Below, in pieces: positions 11,440 through 25,100 of a stretch of DNA of 64,000 nt. Each line of letters starts with the position of its first letter. Position 1 is the first letter of the stretch. The stretch covers positions 8,187,951 through 8,251,950 of the forward strand of contig CM119267.1 of NCBI GenBank assembly GCA_051294375.1, written 5' to 3'. A program made the translations under genes and the position numbers. The stretch comes from Paraspadella gotoi (Eukaryota; Animalia; Chaetognatha). The notes under the pieces were generated by a model. That model saw only the letters and a program-made list of their open reading frames with translations. It was not told the origin of the DNA and searched no databases.

Positions 11440-12900
11440 AAAAAATATCTGATCTGACGGATAAAGTTGCGGCATATTCATAGTGCCAGATACTGCATCT
11501 CTTGGGTCTCGTGCGACTTAACAAGCATGTTCACTAATATCTCCTCAGGGACTGGCATTAGCCTCAGCAGAGCGCCTGCCTGAAAGAGACCGGTTGTTGT
11601 GTCAGACGAGCGTACGCCAATGCCAATTGGATGATAGTCATGCATTGCCTGCGGCTCGACCGTGGAACTGGCGTACTTCAGGTTCGATGGACGTACTATG
11701 CCCAGCCTGGTGCTAGGGATGGGCAAGTCCACTTCAGAGTCTCTGGCAGACTTTTATATGGAGGACTATCGAGGTGGGATAGCTTTGGCTTCTTTTCGAA
11801 TACTCTGCATGGGGCAGAGTCAGTCCTCTTCTGGTATCGGAAAAGCAGACGATGGACTGAGTCTGCCGTGAAAAGGGATTCTGGTTGATACCCTTCTGAC
11901 GCGCATTTGAACAGCATCGAAGCGAAGTATCAAGTGGACTTGCCGAAAGGAGGAAATGTAAATTCCAATGCTCGATGTGCTTTATAAAGCGCAAAGAGGG
12001 CGGCTCATTGGAATTTTCTGTCTATCGCAAACCAACACATACTGATTCAAATAACTCCCTGTCGATTCGCATGCTCCCTTGTCGCAACAAGCTCGCCACC
12101 GGTCAGATCCCTTACCAAGAAGAGCCTAGCTGATTCCGGGTCGACCCCGAGCTCCTAGGCCGCGAGCTTGAGATGTCAAACAGAGCCTTGCGCTCAATGG
12201 TTAACCCTCTGTGGGCTTACGAGAAGGCAAGGTTCCGGCTGAACCTGGCTGAGGCAGTGGCCACCTAGGGGCTGCCAAGTAACTCTACGCAAGTTCAAAG
12301 CGTCCGCCTCCCAGGAGGACGAACGAGACCTTGCTGCTGAAGGACCGACCGCGCCCACGCACAGCGCAAAAGTGGGAGATAAGCAGAAGCGTCTCAGGAA
12401 CGTGGGTCATTCTCCCTCCCTACCACCAGGGGATCACTGAAGAACTGGTGGCGGGTGCTGGCTAAAGCAGGGGATATCCGATGTTGAGTGACGACCCGCG
12501 GCTGCCTTACGTGAGCAATTGGTGAAAACGCGAAAGACAAAATCCCCAGACGAAACATCAAGGCCGTCTACTGGGCGGCCTGTGCAGGGAAGGGCAACCA
12601 ACCGTGCCAACAGCACATACGTGGGCGAGAACGGAAAGTCTCTGAGCAGATCGGTTCAAGCAGCACACAAAGCCATATCGGGACCTCACGTGGTCATTAC
12701 TTATCGGCCATTGCCGAGCACACGGCAAATTCTGCCAATCTGTTCAGAGAAACTGACTGTCTCGTGCTGTCGCCATGACCAAAACTGGTTTTCTAGAGGT
12801 ATTAGAGAGGCAATCTACATCAAAGCTCTCGAACCCTGCTCTGAACCGTGAATGGTAGGACGATCGACCTCCCTCCAAGCTAATGGATTCGCTCATCAAA
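11440..12900 (+). pseudogene. PLE reverse transcriptase + GIY-YIG endonuclease, frameshifted
   Basis: Motifs spread across frames: YFRFDG, MG.S.S..LADFYME, WYRK.DDG (YVDD box), MLDVL, EFSVYRKPTHTD, YVGE.G.SL, NWFSRGIREAIYIKALEP.LNR. Confidence 0.88.
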
Positions 12901-13741
12901 TGGTGGTGAAGGCCCCAGAGCCACCCCATACCTGCACAATCGATCCCTGTTCCCACTCCAACGGTATTCAGCGAGGCCTCTCAGCAGGCCAAATGGAACG
13001 TCCGAATACCTTTCGCTGAAACCTGTAGCAACTTGGCGCGACTTCTCCTCGCGCTGAGCGTCGCCAAAACGACGGCTAGCAGGAGGAGGGGAGAGGAGTC
13101 TGTATCTCCTGTAGCAAAAAACAGTCGCAGAACAGGCAACTGCCTGCCTCACCGTCAGGTGAGAGGAGGGCTGTTGCAGGCTTATCAGGCAAGGGATATA
13201 CGAGTAGCACTTGGCATTTTCCGCCGGATTCTTCCGGGATCCAGCATAGTCAAACTCTACAAGGTATACCTCGCAACTATGACAGGCCAATGACCGCGAC
13301 TTTATCGTCAACGTCCTCCATTTGCCCGGCCGGGGGGGGCCAGCTCTTTTTTTGAGCTCTTCTTTTACTTACTTTCACTTTTCTTCACATTATCTATCCC
13401 CACCACTTTATCTATTTCAATTACTTAACTTCCTACTACTTAATTTCTATTGTTAACATTAAATTTCAGTTTTATGTTTAGATGTCATGCATTTTATCTC
13501 TGTTGTACATTGCTAAATGTATTGTTTAAAAATTTCTTGCTTTGCTCTCTCCTCTCTCTCTCTCTCTCCACTCTCATTTCATTTTCAAAGACTTACTTCT
13601 TCCGCCTCCTCACCTTCAGCTGTCCTCAGATCTGACCACTGTCCTTACCTTATTCTTTGTTGAAACTCTCCCCTCTTTCTCTCTCTCTCTCTCTCTTTCT
13701 CTCTCTCAAAAATTACTTCAACAGAGACAAAATATTTGATT

Positions 13742-13792
13742 GTCAACACTGATGAGGCTTCTTAAATGAATGAAGCCCGAAACATGTCTGAC
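13742..13792 (+). ncRNA. Hammerhead ribozyme core in the right (sense) pLTR
   Basis: gtcaaca-CTGATGA-GGCTTC-ttaaatgaat-GAAGCC-C-GAAAC-ATGTC-tgac: intact core, stem II, palindromic stem III, GUC ending at 13788. Confidence 0.8.
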
Positions 13793-14109
13793 TAAATTGT
13801 GTCAAATAAATCGTTGTCAAACAATAAAAGCTGTTTTTCCTAACAAGCAGTCCATAGATTAGCTCTTATTTCAGAATGACATTCCATGTCAACTTCAAAT
13901 GGTTTTTTTTACCGTTTTGCGCGATGTAATTATATACCTTAGCTGCTCGAAAACGAATCTAGGCGGCTTTCTTATAAGTCTTTAATATGGACTACAAATT
14001 TAGTTCTTAGAAATACTTGCACTTTATGCAAATAATTTTCCTTTCTTTTTTTCGAAAGGACTCTCAAATATCTCCCTCCCCCCCCCCCTTGTTAAGACCG
14101 TCGTTATGC

Positions 14110-15190
14110 AGGGGAAGACGTTAAACCGAAGGAACTGCGCTAATTTTAGGTTCGGTCTCGACCCAAACTCGTTTCCGGTGTGAGCGTCTCTCTCAAGAAA
14201 GAGTCATCACGGATCGGTGCAGCGCTATGGGCGGTAGAAAGAAAGAGGAAGAATGGGAGCGAAGTTGAAGTGAATGAGAACTGGACGAGCATCGGGGGAG
14301 GACTGTGAGCGAATTCCTCCTCGGCTTTTCGTTCTTTACGTGCCCTTCTGCCAACCTATACAACAGCCAGACTTGCCGTCCCCCTCTTACTATACTCGAC
14401 CGCCCGCCACTCACTTGCCCATCTGCCCTCTCCTCATTCACCCCTGATCCCCAGTCATCTACTCGCCTTCACCCGTCTATATTTCCCAGCCCACCCTCGT
14501 CTCTTTAACACTGCTCAGCGTTCNNNNNNNNNNNCAACTTCACCTACCCGCCCTCCCCAAAGTCACCTGACCGAGTTCCAGTCACCGTCACGGTCTCTCC
14601 CGCCCCCTTGACGTTAGATTAGTCACAGCGAAATATCGTTTAAGACGAATCGGTTACGATGGCAACGAGGGCAAGGGGACCAGAGCTGTGGGGCAAACGG
14701 GAAAAAGAGTGAGTTTTGGTTGATGGGGTAGGACGACTTGCTGAGGGTAAGGTCATTGCCACCCGGATTGACAACGGTCGAAGTCATCAGAGCAGATATA
14801 CCGTGAATGCAAGTAGAGATGACTGTGAAAGGGTCTGTGAGTCGGTTAACTTTGGGGAGAAGGAGGTTGGGTAGAAAAATCAAGGAGGACCTAACGAAAA
14901 GTGATCGCAAATTCCAAGAGGGCCAAAAGTCAGGGACAAGAGGATTAAAAATGGGCTCGAAATGGAAAGGGGGCGGGTCCGCGGGAGGACGCATCAAACC
15001 TTTTCACGAGGTAAGGACTTTTCTCGAGGGAGAGTAAGGGGGGGTGAGTCGAGAATGGTGGGGGGGGGGAAGAGAGATCGAGTTGTTTGGGCGGCGACGA
15101 CGCGGGCGGCGACCACGGCGGAGTCTGGGTCAGGGATCAAGCCCCCTGTCATTTCCTTCCCCTTCGGTGACAAATTGCGCGTCCGAGGAT
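14110..15190 (-). pseudogene. Heavily degraded second Penelope-like element (RT end + GIY-YIG), split by a short N-gap
   Basis: Minus-strand remnants in the expected order: LLDFS, RYICSDDF (cf. RRICSD), SR.YP (cf. RGYP), LLY.G, PVLIHFNFAP (cf. PVA.HFN), FGL(N)V (cf. PDGLN). Confidence 0.5.
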
Positions 15191-15244
15191 CATTTGAAAA
15201 CCACCGCTGCCGGCGAAGGGGATCGACGATGGAGAAGGAAGAGT

Positions 15245-16455
15245 GACGAAGAGGGAACGACGAAATGAGAACGACGAAGAGCGAACGACGAAGAGCGAAC
15301 GATGAAATGAGAACGATGAATGAGAGCAAACGAAATGAGAACGACGAAGAGCGAACCAACGAAATGCGAACGACGAAATGAGAACGACGAAGAGCGAACC
15401 GACGAAGAGCGAACGATGAAAGAGCGAACAACGAATGAGAACGATGAAAATGAGAACAACGATGAGGAGAACGATGAAATGAGAACAACGAAAATGAGAC
15501 AGACGAAGAGCGAACAACGAAATGCGAACGACGAAATGGGAACGACGAAATGGGAACGACGAAGAGCGAACGACGAAGAGCGAACGAACGAAGAGCGAAC
15601 AACGAAATGAGAACAACGAAATGAGAACGATGAAATGAGAACAACGAAATGAGAACGACGAAGAGCGACGACGAAATGCGAACGACAAAATGAGAACGAC
15701 GAAATGCGATACGACGAAATGAGAAGCGACGAAGAGCGAACGACAAAATGCAAACGAAGAGTGAACGACGAAGAGCGAACGACGAAATGCGAACGACGAA
15801 ATGAGAACGACAAAAATGAGAACAGACAAATGAGAGACGACGAAATGAGAACGACGAAGAGCGAACGACGAAATGAGAACGAAATGAGAAGACGAGAATG
15901 AGACGATCGAAATGAGAACGACGAAGAGTGACGACGAAGAGCGAACGAAGAGCGAACGACGAAGAGCGAACGACGAAAGACGGATACGCCGCCAGAAATG
16001 AGAACGATGAAATGAGAACAAACGAAATGAGAACGACGAAGGAGCGAACACGAAATGCGAACGACGAAATGAAACGAGCGGAGAGAGCGATATGATGAAG
16101 AGGAACAATGAAATGAGAACGATGAAATGAGAACGAAATAAGAACGATGAAATGAGAACAACGAATATGAGAACGACGAGAGCGAATCGACGAAAATGCG
16201 AATGACGAATGGGAAGACGAAGAGCGAACGACGAAGAGCACGACGAAGAGCGAACAACGAAATGAGAACGATGAAATGAGAACATCGAAATGAGAACGAT
16301 GAAGAGAACAACGAATGAGAAACCGACGAAGAGCGAACGACGAAATGAGAACGACGAAGAGCGAACGACGAAATGCGAACGACAAAATGAGAACGACGAA
16401 ATGCGAACGACGAAATGAGAACGACGAAGAGCGAACGACAAAATGCGAACGACCA
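15245..16455. repeat. Degenerate 14-bp tandem satellite (GAAATGAGAACGAC / GAAGAGCGAACGAC / GAAATGCGAACGAC)
   Basis: About 1.2 kb of interleaved monomer variants, read directly; accounts for the spurious 424-505 aa minus-strand ORFs. Confidence 0.95.
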
Positions 16456-16706
16456 AGGACGCAAAACGAATTAATTATTATTATCATTATTGACAAAACG
16501 ACAAAAGACAAACTATTTATATCCTTGTTACGTTTATAATTTTTAACAGTTCTCTCTCAAATTGTTTTTACTGTGGCCTCATTACAATTTTTTTTTTTTT
16601 GGTTTACATTTAAAATTAAGATTTTTCGAAATTGATAAATCAAATAGTTTCACGAGAGAGCCCGGTATCATTTCTTTCTCGTTCAATCTCTAAACAACTC
16701 GTCACT

Positions 16707-16740
<34 letters not shown>

Positions 16741-17965
16741 NNNNNNNNNNNNNNNNNNNNNNNNNNNNNNNNNNNNNNNNNNNNNNNNNNNNNNNNNNNN
16801 NNNNNNNNNNNNNNNNNNNNNNNNNNNNNNNNNNNNNNNNNNNNNNNNNNNTCTCTCTCTCTCTCTCTCTTTCACCGGCGCATAAATCTGAATTGCAAAT
16901 TTGGGCCGTCGTCGAACGGACGGACGTTCGTTGGCGTGACGTCGTCCTCAGTGGCGTTGGCTAAACATCAATCCCTCGGTGAGTAACATCACTACTTACC
17001 TGACTGAGCGGAGCTTTTATTCACTTTCGGCGCCGCGTCTTTTAGATTTAAAAACGATGCTGTGACCAAGGTGACGATGACAAAGGAGGCGACAACTAAT
17101 TACTGTAATTACAATTAGATATTACAATTAGATAAACCGCTCCAAGCGAAGTAAAAATTTGTAATTCCGACTTAAATGAAAATTATAAAATTGAATAATG
17201 AACAACATTGTACTCAAGAAAATGTGAAAACTATTTTACTAACGATTTTAAAATTTTCGCTGTGAGCGTACTTACCATATGAAATGTTAAAAAAACTAAA
17301 AACTTTTTGTAAAGTAGGTAAGATTCGTATTCGACGAGAAAATAAATTCAACCATTTTTTTAAAAAATTCTTTAAGTTAGGTCAAACATTTAAAAAAGTG
17401 TGTTGTTGAGCTCAAAATAACTTTTTTCATATATTTTAAATATAGTTTTTAACCAAATTGTCTATTTTCTCCTATTTTTCGTCTGCTTTGTGATTTCGGT
17501 TTGGTCGACAAATGTGAGCAAAACTTGAGAGAATGATTGGTTCCTTGTGATCACGGAGAAAATAAGGCCTTCGACATAAAAGATAAAGTTACAGTAAGTC
17601 ATAAATTGTAGACACTTTTCCTAGTTCCTCGCACGTCGACGCAATCAGCGACAACCCCGTGCCAACGACGTCGTCTCGAGACACCAATTCGTCGACTTGT
17701 CAAGGCCTCGACGCCTCGACGCCTTTCGGTGTCGGCGGCGACGACGAAGACGACGATAGAGAGAAGGCGACGACATGGGCCGTTGGAGACGGGCGATGAC
17801 GACACATCTTGGGGTGTGTTGGACGTAACGAATTCGATTTTTGTACTATTCCAAATATTTGTAAATAGTACTATTAGTACTATTAATAGTTAAAGATCGT
17901 TGTTTAGTCTCGTTCCTTAAGAATCTAACACATGGGCAATAAATAGTTCGTAATGGTAATCTGCT

Positions 17966-20900
17966 AACGGCTGGTCCATTCATGTTCCACGTTTGCATAC
18001 AAAGTTGACAATCAATTTAAAAAAATGACGTTTCGTCATCGTCAACTCACCAAGCCCCTTCACAATTCTATCCACACAAAACCTCACAACTGTGCCGACG
18101 ATGAAGACGACGACGTTACAGCGTGAAAGAATAGAGTGTGAGAGACGTCGCCGACGGTGACAGAACAAAGATGTGACGTCGCGTGAGCGACTTTGTTTGC
18201 GTTAATTCGAGGGATTTTCTTTCTGAGGAGCGCGTTCAGTGAACGTTCACCTTTGGCGTTTGAGAGGGATCTTCGGAGTTTGGTGAGATTGGGATGCAGG
18301 TGTAAGGTACAAGGTGTAAGGAGATGCAAGGAGCTGAAACGGGTGGCGACAGGTGGCGCGGATGGAGCATTCGGATTTGACAGGATACTATTGACACGAA
18401 CCTGAGCGGGAACTGAGAGAAATACATAATTATATGTAATATATATTAGAAGCAAGGAGAATTTAAACGTATTTAGTGACATTTCTTGCTTTTCAAGCTA
18501 TCTATAATTCAATAAATTTGTGCAATGTGAGAGGAGAGAGAGAGAGATGAGAGGGGGGGGGGTAAAAGTTTCAACAAGTGTGAACGGGAAATGTCAGTGT
18601 AAGACAGTAAGTGAGGACGGAGGAAGCGAAATAGAAGCGCATGCACCTATAAAAAATCTTTAATTCAAAACTGCTTTAATCTATCCCAAAAATTAGCATC
18701 ATATATATTTATATATAATAAATAATATTAATAAAGGACCGTTTTTAATATTTTCTCGAAAAAGTACGAAACGCGTTTCAGATATTTATGCTTTACAGTT
18801 GCGATGGTAGTTGCGTGTAGTTGTAGTGGTGGTTCGCAGTGGTGTGTTTCGATGGTGGTGTTTGCAGTGGTGATTTCGATGGTGACGTGCCTGAGGTCAA
18901 AGTTCAACGATCGCGGAGGATATCCCTGGATTTTGCGTCTTCGATGTTTGGAGGCAAACGATTTTTCGGAGCTAACCACACTTCGGTCCTCGTTTTCGTC
19001 GTCGTCGTCATCGACGAATAATCGTCATGGGATGACCAACTTTTGCAAATTTAAAATTTGAAAAAATTAAAACTTAATGGGTGATATATTATGAGAACAG
19101 AATCAGAATCAGAATCGATAAATTAAAAAATTTACCATATCAATTTAAGTTCATCGGATGAAGACAAAACGACATCGACGACGACGACAGCGACGTGAAA
19201 TCGCGGCAAAATGAAACCATTTGTTTCAATTTCTTTTCACTTTTATTTCTCGTCGTTAAACAAAATAAACCCCTCGTCGAAGTTTAAAAAGGACGGTGGG
19301 CGGGTGAGTAATGAAGTGGGTAAGTTAATGGCGGGTAGGCAAAGGTCGAGCGAGGGCAGCAAACCGATTGAACAGCGTTTGACTGATGATGGATAGGCGG
19401 TTTAAGAATATTAATTTGTGTTGAAAAACGAAAGGGAAAATATTCCATTTTGATTTAAATTACGTCACGGGTCAGATAACTGATTAAGTTACAATGGACG
19501 TCAACAATAATTTTAAACTCAATGAAGTAAAACAACTTTAGTCCTTTTTAACAGCAGTAAAATGTAAAAATTTATTATTTCGTCACCATAATTCACACAC
19601 TTTTTAAAAAGGATTGAACGGAATATTTCTCGCTACATTTCTGATTGAATTGATCCTAATTTATCGAATTAATTGCTCATTTAAAAAACTCACTCATGTC
19701 TTCTCGAGTCCCTTTTTTCTTTTAAATTTGTTTTTGTCATTCAAACTCTCGCAACTCAAAAAGTTTTAGTTTGTGATCATTTCGTATAAAAAACCAATTT
19801 TTTCCCCTCTTCCTTCCTTTTCCCGCGCTTTTTTTTTATCGCTGTTTACATCTCTTTTCTTTCTTTAAGTCAGAATCTCGTCACCCGGATTTCTTCCCGA
19901 CTGTCTTTGTCCAATGCCCGCAGCCCACCTGAACTTCTCCGGCGTTTTTTTTTCGACATTTTTTGAGCTATTGACGCTGATTCAGAACAAATCTGATTTG
20001 CTTTTTCCTAAGACATACAGGGGAAAATGAAAACTCGTTTGACCTACTAAGGTCTGTATATTTCTTATAATCTTGGAAGTAATCATACGCGATTTAAAAC
20101 GGAAAGAATTTTCATTTAATTTTTTTCAAGGTAATCAATTTAAAGATTCAGTTTTCACAAAATTTATAAGAATGGTAATTTAGTTACTGTTTTATTTTCA
20201 AGACATTGGTGAAAATCTTTGAAGAAAAATATAAAAAGGAAGATCGTATTCTATTTAATGTAATAGAATCATGTTATTATCATAGGAATATTAAATTAAT
20301 AATTACTGCTGTAGAATAAAGGTATTGTCTCTTTATATTATATAAAATATAGTTTGAAACCTGTCATTGAGATATATAGCTTTGTCAGAAAAATGATGAA
20401 AACTTCTAGCAAAAATTTAATTTTGGAGGTCATAATTTTTCTATATTTTCCTCAAGAGTTTACTTTCCGTGCAAAAATAGGACTTCCCATTCACCTGAGT
20501 GACTTAACTAGATCATTTTTATAGCTAAGAAAGGAAAAAAAAAGAATAAGAGAAAACTCTGTTGACAAAAAAATGTATACGTTGTTTGCTAGATAGTTCG
20601 TTGAATGAAATGAAAGGTTGGTTTTTCTTTAAAAGATTTACAATTATAAAGTTATTAAAGAACCTAACGGTCGTTTTTTTTTTTATCATCCACTAGTCAA
20701 CTGAGGTGAAAACGAACAAATGTCCATTAATTCTCACAAATGGTCTCGTATATTTCCGTAAATTAAGGAGACTCCATCGCATGAAATACATTTCTCTCTG
20801 TCATTTCTTTAACCCTCTAACCTAATTCTCTCCCCCACCTCCGAGCCAAAACTCACTTTCCTACCCCCCCCTAGCCCTATCATTCAGGTGTTTTTAGTTT

Positions 20901-21210
20901 CTCTAATCATTTGTGACGTCATCGTCTCCCGAGCCCGAGAACCGGCGAGGCCACGAACGCGAGTCCCACGCAGATTCTTTTGTTCCCATTCTCCTCTCCT
21001 CTTTCGCTTTCTTTATTTCTTCCTTTGTCTCTTTCTTCTTGTGTCTCCTTGTCTTGCCTCTGTCTCTTCTCTCCCTCTCTCTCTCTTTTCTCACCTCTCT
21101 CTCTCTCTCTGTCTCCCTCAATTTTTTTTCATTCCCTTTTTATTTTTTTCATTTCGTTTGCTTCCTGCTTTCTATTCTTGCTCTCCTCTTCTCTCTCTCT
21201 CTCTCTCTTC

Positions 21211-21241
<31 letters not shown>

Positions 21242-22141
21242 CTCTCTCGTCTCTCTCTCCTCTCTCTCTCCCTCACCCTCCTCCATTTCCCACTGGCTGG
21301 CTTTTTTTCCATTTAACATTTTCTCTCTCTGTTGGATAGAAATTAAGGATAATGCCCAAAGAGGCGACAATTCCTTGAAATGGCAAATACTTCCACCTGA
21401 TTTCCGATGGAAACAAACTAAATTTTTTTCATAGAATTTTATTTTTTTGTTTTGGAATTTGGGAAAGAAAAAAGAAATAGACGTAGGCTATTTGAAATAA
21501 ACTTAGCAGTACAGTTGTTTTTCAAATTTATTAATAATCGAAGATTTTTTACGAATTTATCTTCATTTTTATCAAAAAAGAGGACAAAATTAAAGTTGAT
21601 TTAGTAGAGATGAAAATTTTTATCATTTCTGATTATAATTACGATTATTGTTAAGTTAAAACTATGATTCCTTTTTGTGTGTAAAAGGATATGTTGCGGT
21701 TAAAGCACTAATAAAAAAAATGTAATAAATGGAATAATTGAATAGACAATGGTCAAAGTTTCGACGAAAACTTTCGTCTATGAGAGAATTCAAAAAGAGA
21801 GCACAATTACGGGCCTCCCTTCCTTCTTAGGCAACATTCCGGTCACACTCCATCCAAGCCCACCCCATCGATTCCCCAAGCGTTCCAAACTCACATTCTG
21901 TCCGCATTTGTTGCCTAAACGAGGAAGGACGATGAAAGGGAAGAAGAAGAGGAAAGGAACGGAAATTTCTCCTCCCTCGACCTCCGGAGCCTTCCGTCGT
22001 CGTCCTCGTCGTCGTCGTCGAACTCATGGTGACCATTGGTGAGAAGAAAATGGGCGAAATCAAAGAGATCCAAATGACGCAAACAAAATGACTGGGACCA
22101 AAAATGGTTAACCATCGTTTCATTGAGTGGGTTAGGAAGAG

Positions 22142-22197
<56 letters not shown>

Positions 22198-25100
22198 GAG
22201 AGAGAGAGAGAGAGAGAAGAGAGACAGAGAAAAAGATTTAAAACCAGAAGCAAGAGAAACATAAAGAGGTCGGAAGAGAAACATTAAACTGTAAAGACAA
22301 TAATTAAAGATTTCAACGATAAAGTGTGATAAATTCATTGTCAACTCTTTTCTGTCTTCTTCAACTCATTATATCTCTGTCAAAATAACTCTCAACCCGT
22401 TCAGTCTGCAACACACACGAAAACTTTTATATCATAATAAAAACAATGTCCACACGAATTTTTTGGCAAGAATGAAAAACGAATAATCGAAACCAATTAA
22501 ATCGTTGTAAAAAAAATCATTTCCCTTTCGTCTGACATTCCTTCGTTTCTCGCGCTCGCGTCTCCACCCAAGCGGCGCCAATTCCGGCGCGAAGTTGCTC
22601 ATCCCGCCCAACGCGTTGGCTCCTCTTCTTCTCGAGGAGCGTGTCCCTCACGCCGAACGCTTCCTCCTCTCCTGGCTTTTCTTCATCGAAGATGTTTTTC
22701 CCCCATTGATCTCTACTCCCTACTCGATCTTCTGCTCCCACAGCTTCTTTTCTTTCCGACTCTTTCTCTCGGCCTCCTCCACCCTCTCCTCCTCCTTCCT
22801 TCTGACAGCCCCGCAATGCCGAAGCGAACGGTGCGAGACGACGGCGAACGATGAGGATGAGAAGGCGACGTCCAGAAGAGGGCCACCGTCAACTCCACCT
22901 TCCGGAGGAATAATTCATTAACCTTCGCTTAACTCAACCTTGACCTTATCACTAAAATTTTCTCTCAGAAATTAAAATATAAAATTCTGATTCACTTCTT
23001 CTCTCGTCACTTTGCTACTAGTTCCATTGCCCATATCATCACAACATTTCTCTTATCTCTTTATTTCTCTTTTTTTTTCACGCAGATACTCACTTTCCTC
23101 TTGCTCCTCCTGACTTCGTGAATCCATCTTCTTACAAGTCTTGCTTCCTCTTCGCGATTTTTCTTCGCCCCCGTCATCTCCATCGTCGTTATCGTTTCTG
23201 TCTCAGTTGAGTTGGCAGCGGTCTTTTCTTTTCCCCAGCAAGTGGACACGTTTGATCCGAACTCTTGCCGCTTGCGCTTGATCTCCCAAAGTCGTCGGAG
23301 GTAGTCTGAACTGCCACTTCCCTTTCATCTCGACCGGTCTCGACGGCCCACTCGTTTCATGACTTTCGTCGTCATTGTCGTTTCTTTCTTCGGCGCCATC
23401 TTGGTCTTCGTTGTCGTCAGCTTCGATGACGAGCTTGACTTCTGAACCATCGTCGTCTTTTGTCTATCTTCGTCGTCGGTTTCACGGTCGTCGCTGCTTC
23501 GAACTCGCGCAGGCTTTGCCACGTGCTCGACCTCGCTTTGTCCGGGCGTAGACTCTCAGCGTAGAGATCTCATTTCTCGAATCCTTATTGTTTTCCCAGC
23601 GACTTCCGACCGTGACGTAAGACCAGGAGGCGAGGCGGTCCGGCGCGGGAAGGCGCGGCTGCGGCGGAGTCGAAGTCGGCTGCGGCGAGCGTTCGCGCTC
23701 TCTTGACTTAGAGGTGAATGAGTTGAATTTTCGACGTCGAATCCTTGTCCGTCATGGTCCCTTTTTGTCGATTTAAACCAAATAAGACTTACACGGGTTT
23801 ACCTTTACATTATTTACATTTTACATTTAAAATAATACATTTCTGATTTAGAGTTGCCCATTTAGATAGATTTTTTCGGTTATAGGAAAAAAAAAAGGTT
23901 TTTCAAGATTTTCACTCGTCAAATTTTGTTTTCGCTAAGCCAAATGTGTTAAAAAATTTAAATCAAACCACGGGAAAATGAATGATCTCAATGTAGAAGT
24001 GTTAATTTAAACAATTCAATGGTAGGTAGAAGTGTGATGAACACGATAATCCGTAACGAATTTGAAATGAAGCTTTAGACTCTTTCGTTATGGGCTCGGC
24101 ATCGCCGTAACACTGCGGCAATGCGGTTGACATCATTTGTATTAAATTATGCAATTCATATAATATTTTTACGTTATTTACAAGAATGTAGTTAAAGAAA
24201 TTTTGAACCAAAAAATGTCAAAAATTCTCACTCAGTGATATCGAAGTACTAAAAGAAATCAGCAATATCAAGGGTGTGCACGCTGAAACCAATATATGTG
24301 TTACTGCTCAACAAACAATTTATGGTTTTATCACTTATCTGTTAATTATTAGTGTAAAATAACTGTGTAACGCAAATAATTTGCTCTCATCTACGTGACC
24401 GCATTTCAACGTGCTTACGAGTAAGGATGAGACATTAGCACAAATGGGTCATATGATACCTCATGTTTACCAAGTATCAACTAAAAGAAGTAAGTACTTA
24501 CTATAATGATACAGTAATACTAAGAGATGATCATTTATAACAAAGTGGACAGACCGAATAGACAACCAGACGACAACTGCACCAATTTTTCGCATTGAGT
24601 TGCTTCGCGAAGTACTCGCTGAGCAACTAAAAATACACGTTAACATTTTTTTGGCAAAAAAATGTAAATTGACGTCAACCGCATGACGTTTAAGCGAGAT
24701 CTTTGGAGAGGACCCGTAAATGACTCCGGCCAAGAATGAGTATGGCCGCGACGAGATTAAATCGCCGTCTCCCATTTCTGATGACAAAAAAAAAGGAAAT
24801 GGTAAGGAGAAAGACGGAATAAGATGGCAATTGAGATCGAAACTCACCCAAGCCGGATTCCACACTTCACCTTTGTAGTGTCGATTGGCAGGAACGCTGA
24901 AAATTTTTGAAGAATTGAATCACAAAGTAATATCATGACCAGACCCCATAATGGGAGCCGCCAGCGACAAATTTTGCTGGCATTCGGGGAATGCTGCTAC
25001 AACTGGGTAAATCGGCGCCTCTCAGGACATAATTCATTCGCATACAATACTTTAATTGCGGTCCGTCAAAAATCGAATTGTTATCGAATGAAAAATTGTT

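Larger units (their letters stand above)
10822..13843 (+). mobile_element. Penelope-like retroelement with inverted pLTRs
   Basis: ~500-bp inverted repeats (10822-~11338 and ~13342-13843) around a frameshifted PLE RT and GIY-YIG endonuclease; both repeats contain HHR cores. Confidence 0.9.

Noticed and set aside
14994-16511. 505, 435 and 424 aa minus-strand ORFs; also CRISPR-like periodicity
   Set aside because: Products of a 14-bp satellite; no unique spacers and no cas genes, in a eukaryotic context.
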